Source of the DNA: Elusimicrobiota bacterium
GTDB taxonomy: Bacteria; Elusimicrobiota; UBA8919
DNA: 64,000 nucleotides
Direction of reading: 5' to 3'
NCBI GenBank assembly: GCA_016218625.1
Contig: JACRDL010000065.1
Span: 1,521-65,520, forward strand
Part shown: in pieces, positions 55,763-64,000 of the stretch
How positions within the stretch are numbered: the first letter of the stretch is position 1
Layout: each line of letters starts with the position of its first letter
Program-made: the position numbers and the translations under genes
Notes under the pieces: generated by a model
The model's input: the letters and a program-made list of their open reading frames with translations, nothing else
Told to the model about the DNA's origin: nothing
The model's database searches: none

Positions 55763-58297
55763 TTAATCCTCTTTCAATGCGGATTTTTCTGCGGCGGTTC
55801 TGTCACGCATTGACAAAGCGCCCGAGAAACATTTCTGCACGCAGATGCTGCAGCCTATACATTTCTCCGCATCCGTCACGGGATGTTTGTCTTTATCAAG
55901 CGAGATTGCCTGATACGGACATCTGGAACAGTTGCCGCAGATAAGGCATATATCCGTATCGCAGGATGAGATTTTTTTAACCGGCGTCAATTCCATAAAA
56001 CCGGTAATCGGTTTAGGAAGCGCAATACCAATCAATTCCTTTATAGATTTTATTCCCAGCTCTTTCATCAGATAACTGGTTCCGTTGACAAGTTCATCAA
56101 AAATTTTGTAGCCGTGCTTGGTCGCAATGGTGCAAAACTGGACCGTTTTTACTCCAAGCGCAAGAAAATTCATCGCCGCTTTGTAATTCATAGGACCGCC
56201 GTTTCCGGAAACTGCAATACCCAAAGAAGACACGCTCGCAAGAGTTAAATAACTTATCGGAGTTACTCCGTCGCCGCTCATCCCGACGACAATGCCTTCT
56301 TCCCATCTACTCGCTTCGCTCACCCCCGAATGAATTCGGGGGCTACTTTTAGGTCTGAAACACATCGTCGGAAAAGTATTCGCCAGAGTTATTCCGGCTT
56401 TTTTGTTCGGATACTTCGCAAAAACTTTTTTGATAGCATTTACGATTGGGACTATTGATGTCACCGCCGCCGTAAGTTTGAAAAGTTTCGGAATTTCCGG
56501 ATTACTTACCTCCATTATCCAGTCAATTATTTTTGCGGTCAAGGCGGCATTCTGCGAAACAATGTCGCCCTCGGTTCCGTCGCCGCCCTGCGGACAGGAA
56601 AGCGAGTACTCTATTCCCATTACACCGGACGCCTCAAGTTTTTTTGTGTTTGACTGCCAGCCCTTTTTATCATTTTCATCGTTGCCGGTAACCGGTCCGC
56701 CGGTGGACGCCATTGTGAGACGGTCGGGATATTCTCTAACTAATTTTTGAACTTCCCTGCATACCCTGTCAAGATGATGACCCGAAACATTGTCGCAGTT
56801 CCCGTAAGTCAAATTATTGAAAACATGCATATATTCTCCTGGAATATGAATCGGCACGTTGTCAAACGATGTCTTCATCACGCCGCCCGACCAACCCGAT
56901 TCGTACGCTTTTTTCATCTGGTCGTAACCGTCGGAAGGAGGCGCTGCGGAAAGCAAAAACGGAGTTGAGATTTTTCTGCCGAAAAAGTCGGTTTCAATTG
57001 ATACAGGAATATGAATGTATCCTTTGAGCACGACATCGCTTTTCACTTTTTTATCAAAAACGGGTTTCTTTTTATTATTTATAAACGCATCTATTTCCAA
57101 TGCGGCATTTTTTCCCGCAGCAGTTGCTTCAACAACCGTCGTTGGTCCCTGAATACAATCACCCGAATAAAAAACGGCAGGATTATTTACTTTTTTAATT
57201 CCTGAACGCGCACCGATGGCAATTATTACCGCTGACAAATCCTTTCTAACTTGATTTGTGCCCGGAATTTCTTTTATATCTTTGAGATTAAATTTTACGC
57301 CTTTGGGAAGTGAAACTTTTACCGTCTCAAGACCTGAAATGAGTTTGCCTTTTTTAAGAATTGCCGTAACCCGCGTCCTTCCTGTTATTTCAATATTATT
57401 TTCCAGAAGTTCATTCATCTCTCTCGGTGTCAGCGGCATTTCTCCGACGGTTTCCAGAGCGAGCATTTCAACATTTGATGCGCCGCCTGCGGACTTCGCT
57501 GTCATCGCAGCGTCTGCGGCAGTCGCACCGCCGCCGATAACCGCAACCTTACCTTTTAGTTTGTATTTTTTCGGGTTTTTCAGATAATCCAATCCGACAA
57601 TTGCAAAATCCTCATTTTTAATACCCGCTTTTATCGGCTCAGTAAGACCTGTTGCCGAAAGAACTGCGTCATAATTTTTTTTCAGCAGAATTTCCGGATT
57701 TCCTATCTCCGAATTTAATTTTATGTTTATATCGCCGAGTGATGTCAGGAATTTTAAATCCTCTTTAAGCATCTTTTTTTCAAGCCGATAATCGGGTATG
57801 ATATTGCACATTCCGCCCGCAAAATTTTCTTTCTCATAAATGTCAACCTTATAGCCGATAGCACCGAGGACAGCCGCAGCGCCCAAACCGGCAGGTCCCG
57901 AGCCAACTATCGCAACTTTTTTCCCGTTTAATTTCGGCTTGGAAAACTCGGCGACACCGCCCATGTCTCTGGCTTTTTTTACAATTGTTGCCTGGACGGC
58001 GGGAATATTCACCGCAGAATCAAATTTTTTGTGAACACAGGCAGCGACGCAAAACCTGTCAGGACAGACCATTCCGCAAACACCTCCCAGCGGATTATTT
58101 TTCATTATTTGAGCGGCGGACCTTTTTATATCCGAATTACCAAAAACCCTGGCAGCCATAATAAAATCAGCCGCGGAACAGTCGCAAGGACACTTCTCCT
58201 TGCAGGGTTTTTCCTCGCAGAACTCGCATTTCGCGAATTCATTTTTCAATTGCGCATCCGTTAAAAAAAGCCCGCTATAAATAGATTTTTCAGCCAT
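55763..58297 (-). CDS. Dihydropyrimidine dehydrogenase-like PreT-PreA fusion
   Basis: GltD-like N-half (CEFCEEKPC, NPLGGVCG.VCP, GSGPAG, GGGATA); FMN barrel (LLSAAP, SLSCP); C-terminal 2x[4Fe-4S]. Confidence 0.82.
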   Translation of the reverse strand: MAEKSIYSGLFLTDAQLKNEFAKCEFCEEKPCKEKCPCDCSAADFIMAARVFGNSDIKRSAAQIMKNNPLGGVCGMVCPDRFCVAACVHKKFDSAVNIPAVQATIVKKARDMGGVAEFSKPKLNGKKVAIVGSGPAGLGAAAVLGAIGYKVDIYEKENFAGGMCNIIPDYRLEKKMLKEDLKFLTSLGDINIKLNSEIGNPEILLKKNYDAVLSATGLTEPIKAGIKNEDFAIVGLDYLKNPKKYKLKGKVAVIGGGATAADAAMTAKSAGGASNVEMLALETVGEMPLTPREMNELLENNIEITGRTRVTAILKKGKLISGLETVKVSLPKGVKFNLKDIKEIPGTNQVRKDLSAVIIAIGARSGIKKVNNPAVFYSGDCIQGPTTVVEATAAGKNAALEIDAFINNKKKPVFDKKVKSDVVLKGYIHIPVSIETDFFGRKISTPFLLSAAPPSDGYDQMKKAYESGWSGGVMKTSFDNVPIHIPGEYMHVFNNLTYGNCDNVSGHHLDRVCREVQKLVREYPDRLTMASTGGPVTGNDENDKKGWQSNTKKLEASGVMGIEYSLSCPQGGDGTEGDIVSQNAALTAKIIDWIMEVSNPEIPKLFKLTAAVTSIVPIVNAIKKVFAKYPNKKAGITLANTFPTMCFRPKSSPRIHSGVSEASRWEEGIVVGMSGDGVTPISYLTLASVSSLGIAVSGNGGPMNYKAAMNFLALGVKTVQFCTIATKHGYKIFDELVNGTSYLMKELGIKSIKELIGIALPKPITGFMELTPVKKISSCDTDICLICGNCSRCPYQAISLDKDKHPVTDAEKCIGCSICVQKCFSGALSMRDRTAAEKSALKED
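56311..56346 (-). repeat. 36-nt GTAG-hairpin element in frame within the PreTA fusion
   Basis: Identical to 37502-37537; encodes SPRIHSGVSEA. Confidence 0.92.
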
Positions 58298-58309
58298 CTT
58301 CTTCTCCTC

Positions 58310-59665
58310 CTATCTTTTTAGAAATTTTCCGTAACCACTATCCGAAGTAAATTTACCATTATCATAAATTATTTTTCCGCGAAGCATCGTCATAACCGTT
58401 TTACCCGTGATTTTCATATTCTGATAAGGACTCCAGCCGCAATTTGTGTTAAGTTTTCTGTAATCAATCCGCCACTTCATCTTAGGGTCAAAAATTGTTA
58501 AATCAGCGTCGCAGCCGATTTTTATGCAGCCTTTTTTAGGATAAAGTCCGAATATTTTTGCAGGATTTTGAGATGTCACCTGTACAAGTTTTTTAAGCGT
58601 TATTCTTTTTTTCACGACGCCTTCCGAAAATAAAATCGGAAATAATGTTTCAACCCCGGGCATACCGAACCTTAAATTCCTGAAATCATTTTTTGCTTTT
58701 TGCTTATCTTTTTTTGAGAATGCGCAGTGGTCGGTTGCAACCGTTTTCACCGTTCCGGTTTTAAGCCCTTCCCATAACGCTTTATTATCCGACGGTAATT
58801 TTAAGGTAGGACAGGTCGCAAAAAGATAACCATCTTTTTTTTCATAAACATTTTTATTCAGGACAAGATACTGCGGACAGGTTTCAATAATAACACTGAC
58901 ACCCCTCTTCTTTGCCTCTGCGGCAATTTTCACTGCGCCTGCCGTAGTCGTATGAACCACATAAAGATTCCCGCCGGATTTTTCAGCAAGAAATACCGCA
59001 CGATTTACCGCTTCTTCTTCCGCAATGTTCGGTCTTGTGTAATAAAAATTTGAAACTGCCGTTTTTTTACGGTCAACAAAACTTTTAACAAATCCGTCTA
59101 TAAGAGGACTGCTTTCGGCATGAACTTCTATGATCGCCGAAAATCTTTTTGACGCTTCCAAAATTTTCAGCAAATCGTAATCGCCGACGCCCCAACCTTC
59201 CGTTTTCGGCATAAAAACCTTAAATGATTTAATGCCGTAACCTGTGGCAAGTTTTTTGAAATCGCTTTGACTCTGATTGTTCCAGTTGATGATTTGCGAA
59301 TGTAAGGAATAATCAATATATGATTTTTCGGCTTTTTTACGGCAACGGATTACCGATTCAAACATCGTCTCATTTTTTTGAGGAATTGCATAATTTATAA
59401 CGGTTGTGACACCGCCGGCAGCAGCAGATTTTGTACCGCTTGAAAAATCATCAGAAGTTCTTGAACCATATGCTTCAAGACCGAAATGGGTATGGGCGTC
59501 TATAACGCCGGGAAAAATATATTTATTTCTTGCATCTATAATTTTACAATTTTTCTGGAATTGGATTTTTCCGATTTTTGAGATTTTTTCGCCGGATATA
59601 AAAATATCCGCATTAAAAATTTTGTCAGCGGTTATAATTGTTCCGTTTTTTATAAGAAGATCCAT
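58310..59665 (-). CDS. hydA: Dihydropyrimidinase / hydantoinase
   Basis: PGVIDAHTH, AAAGGVTT, SFKVF, VHAE, ETCPQYL, TDHC, GMPGVET; start at MDLLIKNG. Confidence 0.88.
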   Translation of the reverse strand: MDLLIKNGTIITADKIFNADIFISGEKISKIGKIQFQKNCKIIDARNKYIFPGVIDAHTHFGLEAYGSRTSDDFSSGTKSAAAGGVTTVINYAIPQKNETMFESVIRCRKKAEKSYIDYSLHSQIINWNNQSQSDFKKLATGYGIKSFKVFMPKTEGWGVGDYDLLKILEASKRFSAIIEVHAESSPLIDGFVKSFVDRKKTAVSNFYYTRPNIAEEEAVNRAVFLAEKSGGNLYVVHTTTAGAVKIAAEAKKRGVSVIIETCPQYLVLNKNVYEKKDGYLFATCPTLKLPSDNKALWEGLKTGTVKTVATDHCAFSKKDKQKAKNDFRNLRFGMPGVETLFPILFSEGVVKKRITLKKLVQVTSQNPAKIFGLYPKKGCIKIGCDADLTIFDPKMKWRIDYRKLNTNCGWSPYQNMKITGKTVMTMLRGKIIYDNGKFTSDSGYGKFLKR

Positions 59666-59685
59666 TTGTTCAATTCTTTCTCCCG

Positions 59686-59796
59686 GAGCGAGGAAAAAAT
59701 TTCTGAAGAGCCTCAATTTGCGACTTATTCTTTCCAGGAGCAAATTGCAGAGCGAGTGGCAGACGAGCGTCTCAAAGAAATTTGTTTCCGAGCGAC
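59686..59796. repeat. GAGCGA...GAGCGAC element
   Basis: Shares aatttgcgac...caggagcaaatt and aaagaaatttg..cgagcgac with the 1115 copy. Confidence 0.75.
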
Positions 59797-59798
59797 TT

Positions 59799-60152
59799 TT
59801 ATTTTTTTAGGGGTCTGTTTTTTTTGTCAAGAAAAACAATTTTCGGTTTGTATTTTTTTGCTTTTTCTTCTTCAACAAACTCATTTGAAATAATTATAAG
59901 CTCGTCGCCGACTTCACCGAGACGGGCTGCGCCACCGTTTAACTCAACACATCCCGAGTTTTTTCCACCGACAAGCACATATGTCTCAAATCTGGCGCCG
60001 GTGGTTTTGTTAACGACCATCACGATTTCATAAGGATATATATCGGCAAGGTCCATAAGTTTTCTGTCAATTTTTATGGAACCGAGATAATTCAGATTTT
60101 TGCCCGTAACTTTTGCCAACTGTATTTTTGACTTTGCCATCATTCTAAACAT
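59799..60152 (-). CDS. panD: Aspartate 1-decarboxylase
   Basis: KSKI, Y.GSI cleavage site, GARFETY, NGGAAR. Confidence 0.92.
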   Translation of the reverse strand: MFRMMAKSKIQLAKVTGKNLNYLGSIKIDRKLMDLADIYPYEIVMVVNKTTGARFETYVLVGGKNSGCVELNGGAARLGEVGDELIIISNEFVEEEKAKKYKPKIVFLDKKNRPLKK

Positions 60153-60173
60153 TTTTTTACCCCTTTAATGATA

Positions 60174-60286
60174 AGCGAGGGTGTTGTTGAGCAGAACCTC
60201 ACGGAATTCTGCATTCGCATTCAGCGGAGCGAGTGAGAGCCCGCCTGCAGAGGCAAGGCGTTTCTGCGAGACAATTCCCGAGCGAC
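60174..60286. repeat. Divergent GAGCGA...GAGCGAC element
   Basis: agcgagggtgttgt...acaattcccgagcgac, abutting the stop at 60286. Confidence 0.55.
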
Positions 60287-60594
60287 TATTCCAGCATATA
60301 ATCCTCAAACGGAATTTTTTTCTTTCTCAAATCCTCTTTCCATTTTTCAAGCGCAATAGGCATTTGTTCTTTGGACATTTTTACCCATTTTGAATTAGGC
60401 GGAGAAAATTGCTCAATTGCCGTCTGATACCACACATATGCCATTTTCCAGTCATTAATCTTTGCCGCTTTTTCCGCTTCCATATACGAGTGTTTTGCAC
60501 GAAACCATACATCAAGATAAATCATAATGTATATCGCTATAACGGTTAAAATTACGGCAATGGCAGAGCGTACCCATTTTTTATTAAACATCAT
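60286..60594 (-). CDS. Small membrane-anchored hypothetical protein
   Basis: N-terminal TM helix; overlaps the upstream gene in operon context. Confidence 0.7.
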   Translation of the reverse strand: MMFNKKWVRSAIAVILTVIAIYIMIYLDVWFRAKHSYMEAEKAAKINDWKMAYVWYQTAIEQFSPPNSKWVKMSKEQMPIALEKWKEDLRKKKIPFEDYMLE

Positions 60595-60985
60595 ATCCCC
60601 CTAAAATTTTTTTTACATCTACCGCAAAAATAGCAGGGTCTATCGGCTTGGAATAAAAACCGCGGACACTCGGTTGTGACTTTACAAAATCATATGTCGT
60701 TCCGTCGGCAAATTTACCGGTGATAATCAATACGGGAATATTTTTTGTGTTTTCATTTTGCTGAAGCGATTTTAACACCTGAAACCCGCCCTGTTTGGGA
60801 AGCATCAAATCAAGAATAATTATATCCGGCCCGGCAACGGGGATTTTTTCCAGCGCTTCATCCCCGTCCAATGCGGTAAAAACCTCAAGATTTTCTTTTT
60901 CAAGAATATGTCTAAAAAGTTCAACTATATTGGGGTCATCGTCAACAATAAATGCTTTTTTGTTCATAATTTGTAATTTTATCAC
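60584..60985 (-). CDS. Single-domain response regulator
   Basis: IVDDD, LDLMLPKQGG, IITG, SKP. Confidence 0.9.
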   Translation of the reverse strand: MIKLQIMNKKAFIVDDDPNIVELFRHILEKENLEVFTALDGDEALEKIPVAGPDIIILDLMLPKQGGFQVLKSLQQNENTKNIPVLIITGKFADGTTYDFVKSQPSVRGFYSKPIDPAIFAVDVKKILGGYDV

Positions 60986-62031
60986 TTTTTTTCCTGTTTG
61001 TCAACTATAAAAATTTTAACGGACGGACTGCGCCCCGTATTTTCCCAGATGTCTATTGCACAAACCCGAACAAAAAGTGCGGATGCGTCTCGCTTTTTAT
61101 TTTCATATCTAATATCTGCCGATAATTTTTTAGAATTTATAGAAAACATATACGGCGAAGTGTAAGAAATTAAGCCATGTCTTTTCCAAATTTTATTGTC
61201 TTTTGATATTTCAAGCCAGACCTTTTGGATTTCGCAGGCTCGCACGGAAGCATAAATTACTTTTTTTTCGGTGAGTTTTTCGCCCTCTGTTATGCCCATT
61301 AAACCGACCGTTATATTTTGGGATAATTCCGGAACAAATTTTATTGCGATAGCCGGTTCAAAAACGGTTATCGGCGATTTAAGTGTTGTCGTGCTGTAAT
61401 GCTGCGGCGGGTTGCCTTTTATTTCGTCATTGATAAAACTGTTAGCATCCTTATCGCCCCATGCTGCGGCGATTATCGGACTATTTGAAGAATTGGTTAA
61501 ATATGCGGATGTTGACCAAAGAGCAATATAATTTTCACCGCCGAAATTTATTTCTTCTGACCGGACTTCAGTCCAAAACCATCGGGATTCGCCTACCTGC
61601 TCGACAGCGAGTTCATTATCGCCTTCAAAGGGAATATCATCGGTAGTTATTAAAAATTTCCAGTTTGATTTTTTCCACGACGGTGTTGATGACACCGCCA
61701 TAAAAATATCGCCCGGGATTGCCTCTTTGTCAAGTGCGACTTTTCCGTTATTATAAACTTGCTTTGATTTCATCCGCCCGAGTTTGGCTCCGATAAAAAT
61801 TTTTTTATAATCCGACACGTTTTTCGGAACAAAAATTTTTTCTATCCAGACCCTGTTATAGCCGACATACCAGAAACCGTCCCAACCGCCGCCGTTTGCA
61901 AAAAGCCGGTAGTCATTAGGATTGCCGGCTTCGCATAAATATACCGGATAAGAGATGGTTGTCTGGGCATAAGTATAAGTTAAAAGTAAAAAAAGCAAGA
62001 TTGTAATCCACTTCCGTCTTCCGTCTTTCAT
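60982..62031 (-). CDS. Secreted hypothetical protein
   Basis: Signal-peptide-like RRKWITILLFLLLTYTYA; Trp-rich mature region; start uncertain. Confidence 0.7.
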   Translation of the reverse strand: MKDGRRKWITILLFLLLTYTYAQTTISYPVYLCEAGNPNDYRLFANGGGWDGFWYVGYNRVWIEKIFVPKNVSDYKKIFIGAKLGRMKSKQVYNNGKVALDKEAIPGDIFMAVSSTPSWKKSNWKFLITTDDIPFEGDNELAVEQVGESRWFWTEVRSEEINFGGENYIALWSTSAYLTNSSNSPIIAAAWGDKDANSFINDEIKGNPPQHYSTTTLKSPITVFEPAIAIKFVPELSQNITVGLMGITEGEKLTEKKVIYASVRACEIQKVWLEISKDNKIWKRHGLISYTSPYMFSINSKKLSADIRYENKKRDASALFVRVCAIDIWENTGRSPSVKIFIVDKQEKK

Positions 62032-62038
62032 CTTCCGG

Positions 62039-64000
62039 CTAATTACTCGCAAGCCATTTTTTAATTGTTTCTGCATTTGGGCCTCCCGGTTTTAATTGAA
62101 TGTATTTTTGAAAATATTCTTTTGCTTCTTTGTTATTTTGCGATTGCGAATAAATCACGCCTACATTGTAATAAATATCGGCGGACGACGGTGTGTACTC
62201 AATCGCCTTTTTATATTCTGTAATTGCATCGTCAATTTTACCGCCAACAAAATTTTCATAACCTTTTCTCTGATAAATTTTTGACAATTGTATTAGTGAA
62301 TCCAAATCCATTTTATCGTACTGATATGCTTTTTTAAAATAGTCAATCGCCTTTTCCGCACCACCCCAATCCTCTTTTGCCAAATACAAAAGCCCCATAT
62401 TATAATATGCCGGCGAGTATGTTGAATCAAGTAAAATCGTGTGAGACAGCGTTCCAAAAGCACCGCTAAAATCCTTTCGCTGCCTTAAAATATCGCCGAC
62501 ATTATTGTGAAGCCAGATAAGTTCGGGACCGACTTTAAGCGATTTTTTTAATGCAAAAATTCCATCTTTTTTATCACCTGAATCAATTAAAAATTTTCCA
62601 TAAAAATACGAATATCGGGCAATAACTTCCTGCTCCCTATATTCGTATTTTTTTAACAAGTCACGCTTTACATAAAAATCCCAAATAAGTTTGTCAGATT
62701 TTTTCCGCTCCGTCCATAACAAACCGTTTAAGTAAACCCCGTTAGAAGTATCGTAGCACGATGTGCCACTTCTAACGGGGTGAAGCGACTTCTTTACTTT
62801 TGCCGTGTTGACAGCAGAATAATATATTTTTGATTTTTCCGGAACATTTTTTGATAAAAATATATTGTTATATGAGTCAATTATTGTAACGTCTTGCCTT
62901 TTATTAACAACGTTTTTCAGATAAGAAAGCGTAAAAATCGTTTCATCCACCTCGTCGTGCAAATACAAAACGCCGTTTCTTGCAACCGTTTTTAACACAT
63001 TAACCGGATAATCGTAGGCAGTGAAATTATATCTGTTATGATTCGTCCTTAACTGTAAGAATAAATGAAAACCTAATACCAAAAAAAACAACGCCAAAAT
63101 ATACTTAAATTTTGCCAACCTGCCGATTTCATAGCCCGTCCAAGTCGCCATCATAATCCATGCGGGAATATAATACGGAGTAAAAGCGTCAATATCCTGC
63201 GGGGTAAATTTGAAATTGAGCAGGATTATAAGTCCAACTGTATTTGCCAAAAAAATGAAAACGGTAAGCAGGGCGAATTTAATATCTTTTTTAATCAAAC
63301 TTACAAGCCCGAATACGGAGAGAACGACAAACAGTCCGAAGTTTTGTACTAACTGACTAAAAAAATTTCTTATAAACAGAAGTTTAGTCGCAAATCCGAC
63401 TTTTGCCGCCAATTCCAGCCCTCTGTATTGAAACCTTCCGATATGGGCAGTAAAATTTTTGAGATTTTCGGGATTGCCCCAGTCAATCGGCGGATTTACC
63501 GACGAGCGAATCGGAAGATAAAGATATAAAAAAAGCCCGGGCAGAAAAAATATAAGTAAGGTTAATATCGTTTTCAAATTAAAAACTTTCGGATTTTTCC
63601 ATATCAAATAAAATGCAAAAATAGGTCCAAAAAGAAACATAATGTAGTGATTGGCAAGTGAAAGCCCGTAGACAAATATAGCGAGTTGTAAGTAGCGAGT
63701 AGTGAGTAGTAAATAAATTATCAAAACGACAAAAAATGCGTTAAGTGTGTAGACCTCGGAAATGATTGACTGCGACCAGAAGGTTTTTGAGAACGCCAGT
63801 GCTAATGCCGAGAGTGAGTAAGTGAGTAAGTGAGTAAGTGAGGGGGGAGTTTGGTTTTCCTTACTAACTGCTAACTGCTTACTGCTAACTATCAAATAAA
63901 GGATGACGCAGGTTAATGCGCCGAAAAACGCACTCATTAAATTAACGCGGTATGCGATGTTTCCGAACGGAATTAGCAGAGTAAAAATTTTGCCGAGAAT
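62039..64000 (-). CDS. DUF2723/TMEM260-like GT-C membrane protein with C-terminal TPRs (5' partial)
   Basis: Frame open to 64000 (LGKIF..PFGNIAYRVNLMSA); FWSQS..SEVYTLN, GLSLANH, YLYLPIRS, DWGNP; TPR repeats. Confidence 0.88.
   Translation of the reverse strand: MLGKIFTLLIPFGNIAYRVNLMSAFFGALTCVILYLIVSSKQLAVSKENQTPPSLTHLLTYSLSALALAFSKTFWSQSIISEVYTLNAFFVVLIIYLLLTTRYLQLAIFVYGLSLANHYIMFLFGPIFAFYLIWKNPKVFNLKTILTLLIFFLPGLFLYLYLPIRSSVNPPIDWGNPENLKNFTAHIGRFQYRGLELAAKVGFATKLLFIRNFFSQLVQNFGLFVVLSVFGLVSLIKKDIKFALLTVFIFLANTVGLIILLNFKFTPQDIDAFTPYYIPAWIMMATWTGYEIGRLAKFKYILALFFLVLGFHLFLQLRTNHNRYNFTAYDYPVNVLKTVARNGVLYLHDEVDETIFTLSYLKNVVNKRQDVTIIDSYNNIFLSKNVPEKSKIYYSAVNTAKVKKSLHPVRSGTSCYDTSNGVYLNGLLWTERKKSDKLIWDFYVKRDLLKKYEYREQEVIARYSYFYGKFLIDSGDKKDGIFALKKSLKVGPELIWLHNNVGDILRQRKDFSGAFGTLSHTILLDSTYSPAYYNMGLLYLAKEDWGGAEKAIDYFKKAYQYDKMDLDSLIQLSKIYQRKGYENFVGGKIDDAITEYKKAIEYTPSSADIYYNVGVIYSQSQNNKEAKEYFQKYIQLKPGGPNAETIKKWLASN
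62736..62781. repeat. 46-nt hairpin element in frame within the DUF2723 gene
   Basis: accccgttagaagt...acttctaacggggt; encodes HPVRSGTSCYDTSNGV. Confidence 0.88.

Noticed and set aside
123..62284. Plus-strand ORFs in the track, and minus-strand ORFs 30813-31010 and 55552-55743
   Set aside because: They are antisense shadows of well-supported genes or translations of repeat elements, with no recognisable motifs.

Overview
An AT-rich, gene-dense chromosomal window from an anaerobic bacterium. Every credible gene is on the minus strand. The core is a ~36 kb Wood-Ljungdahl supercluster in two blocks. The first runs cooC-cooS-cooF-FAD oxidoreductase-acsB-acsC-RACo-acsD-ack-acsE, then a NuoEF-type formate dehydrogenase with mobA/tupABC/moeA. 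The second runs fhs, a Tat-less group-1-like [NiFe] hydrogenase with its protease, metV, metF, fchA and folD. The cluster is interrupted by a GANTC-type restriction-modification pair and by a receiver protein plus a 1059-aa coiled-coil protein. One flank has recA, panC and a RecB/Cas4-like nuclease-GAF fusion that runs off the window and is missing from the ORF track. The other has treS-mak, mgtE, nupC and a pyrimidine-catabolism locus (panD, dihydropyrimidinase, PreT-PreA fusion, SsnA, LarA-like, FAD oxidoreductase). The most striking non-gene signal is a dense set of short palindromic elements and 7-8 nt microsatellites. Several lie in frame inside core enzymes, several supply stop codons, some nest inside each other, and one ~94 bp family abuts the consensus promoter of each Wood-Ljungdahl block. 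I found no rRNA, tRNA, CRISPR array or transposase. All calls come from reading motifs by eye; no database searches were run.
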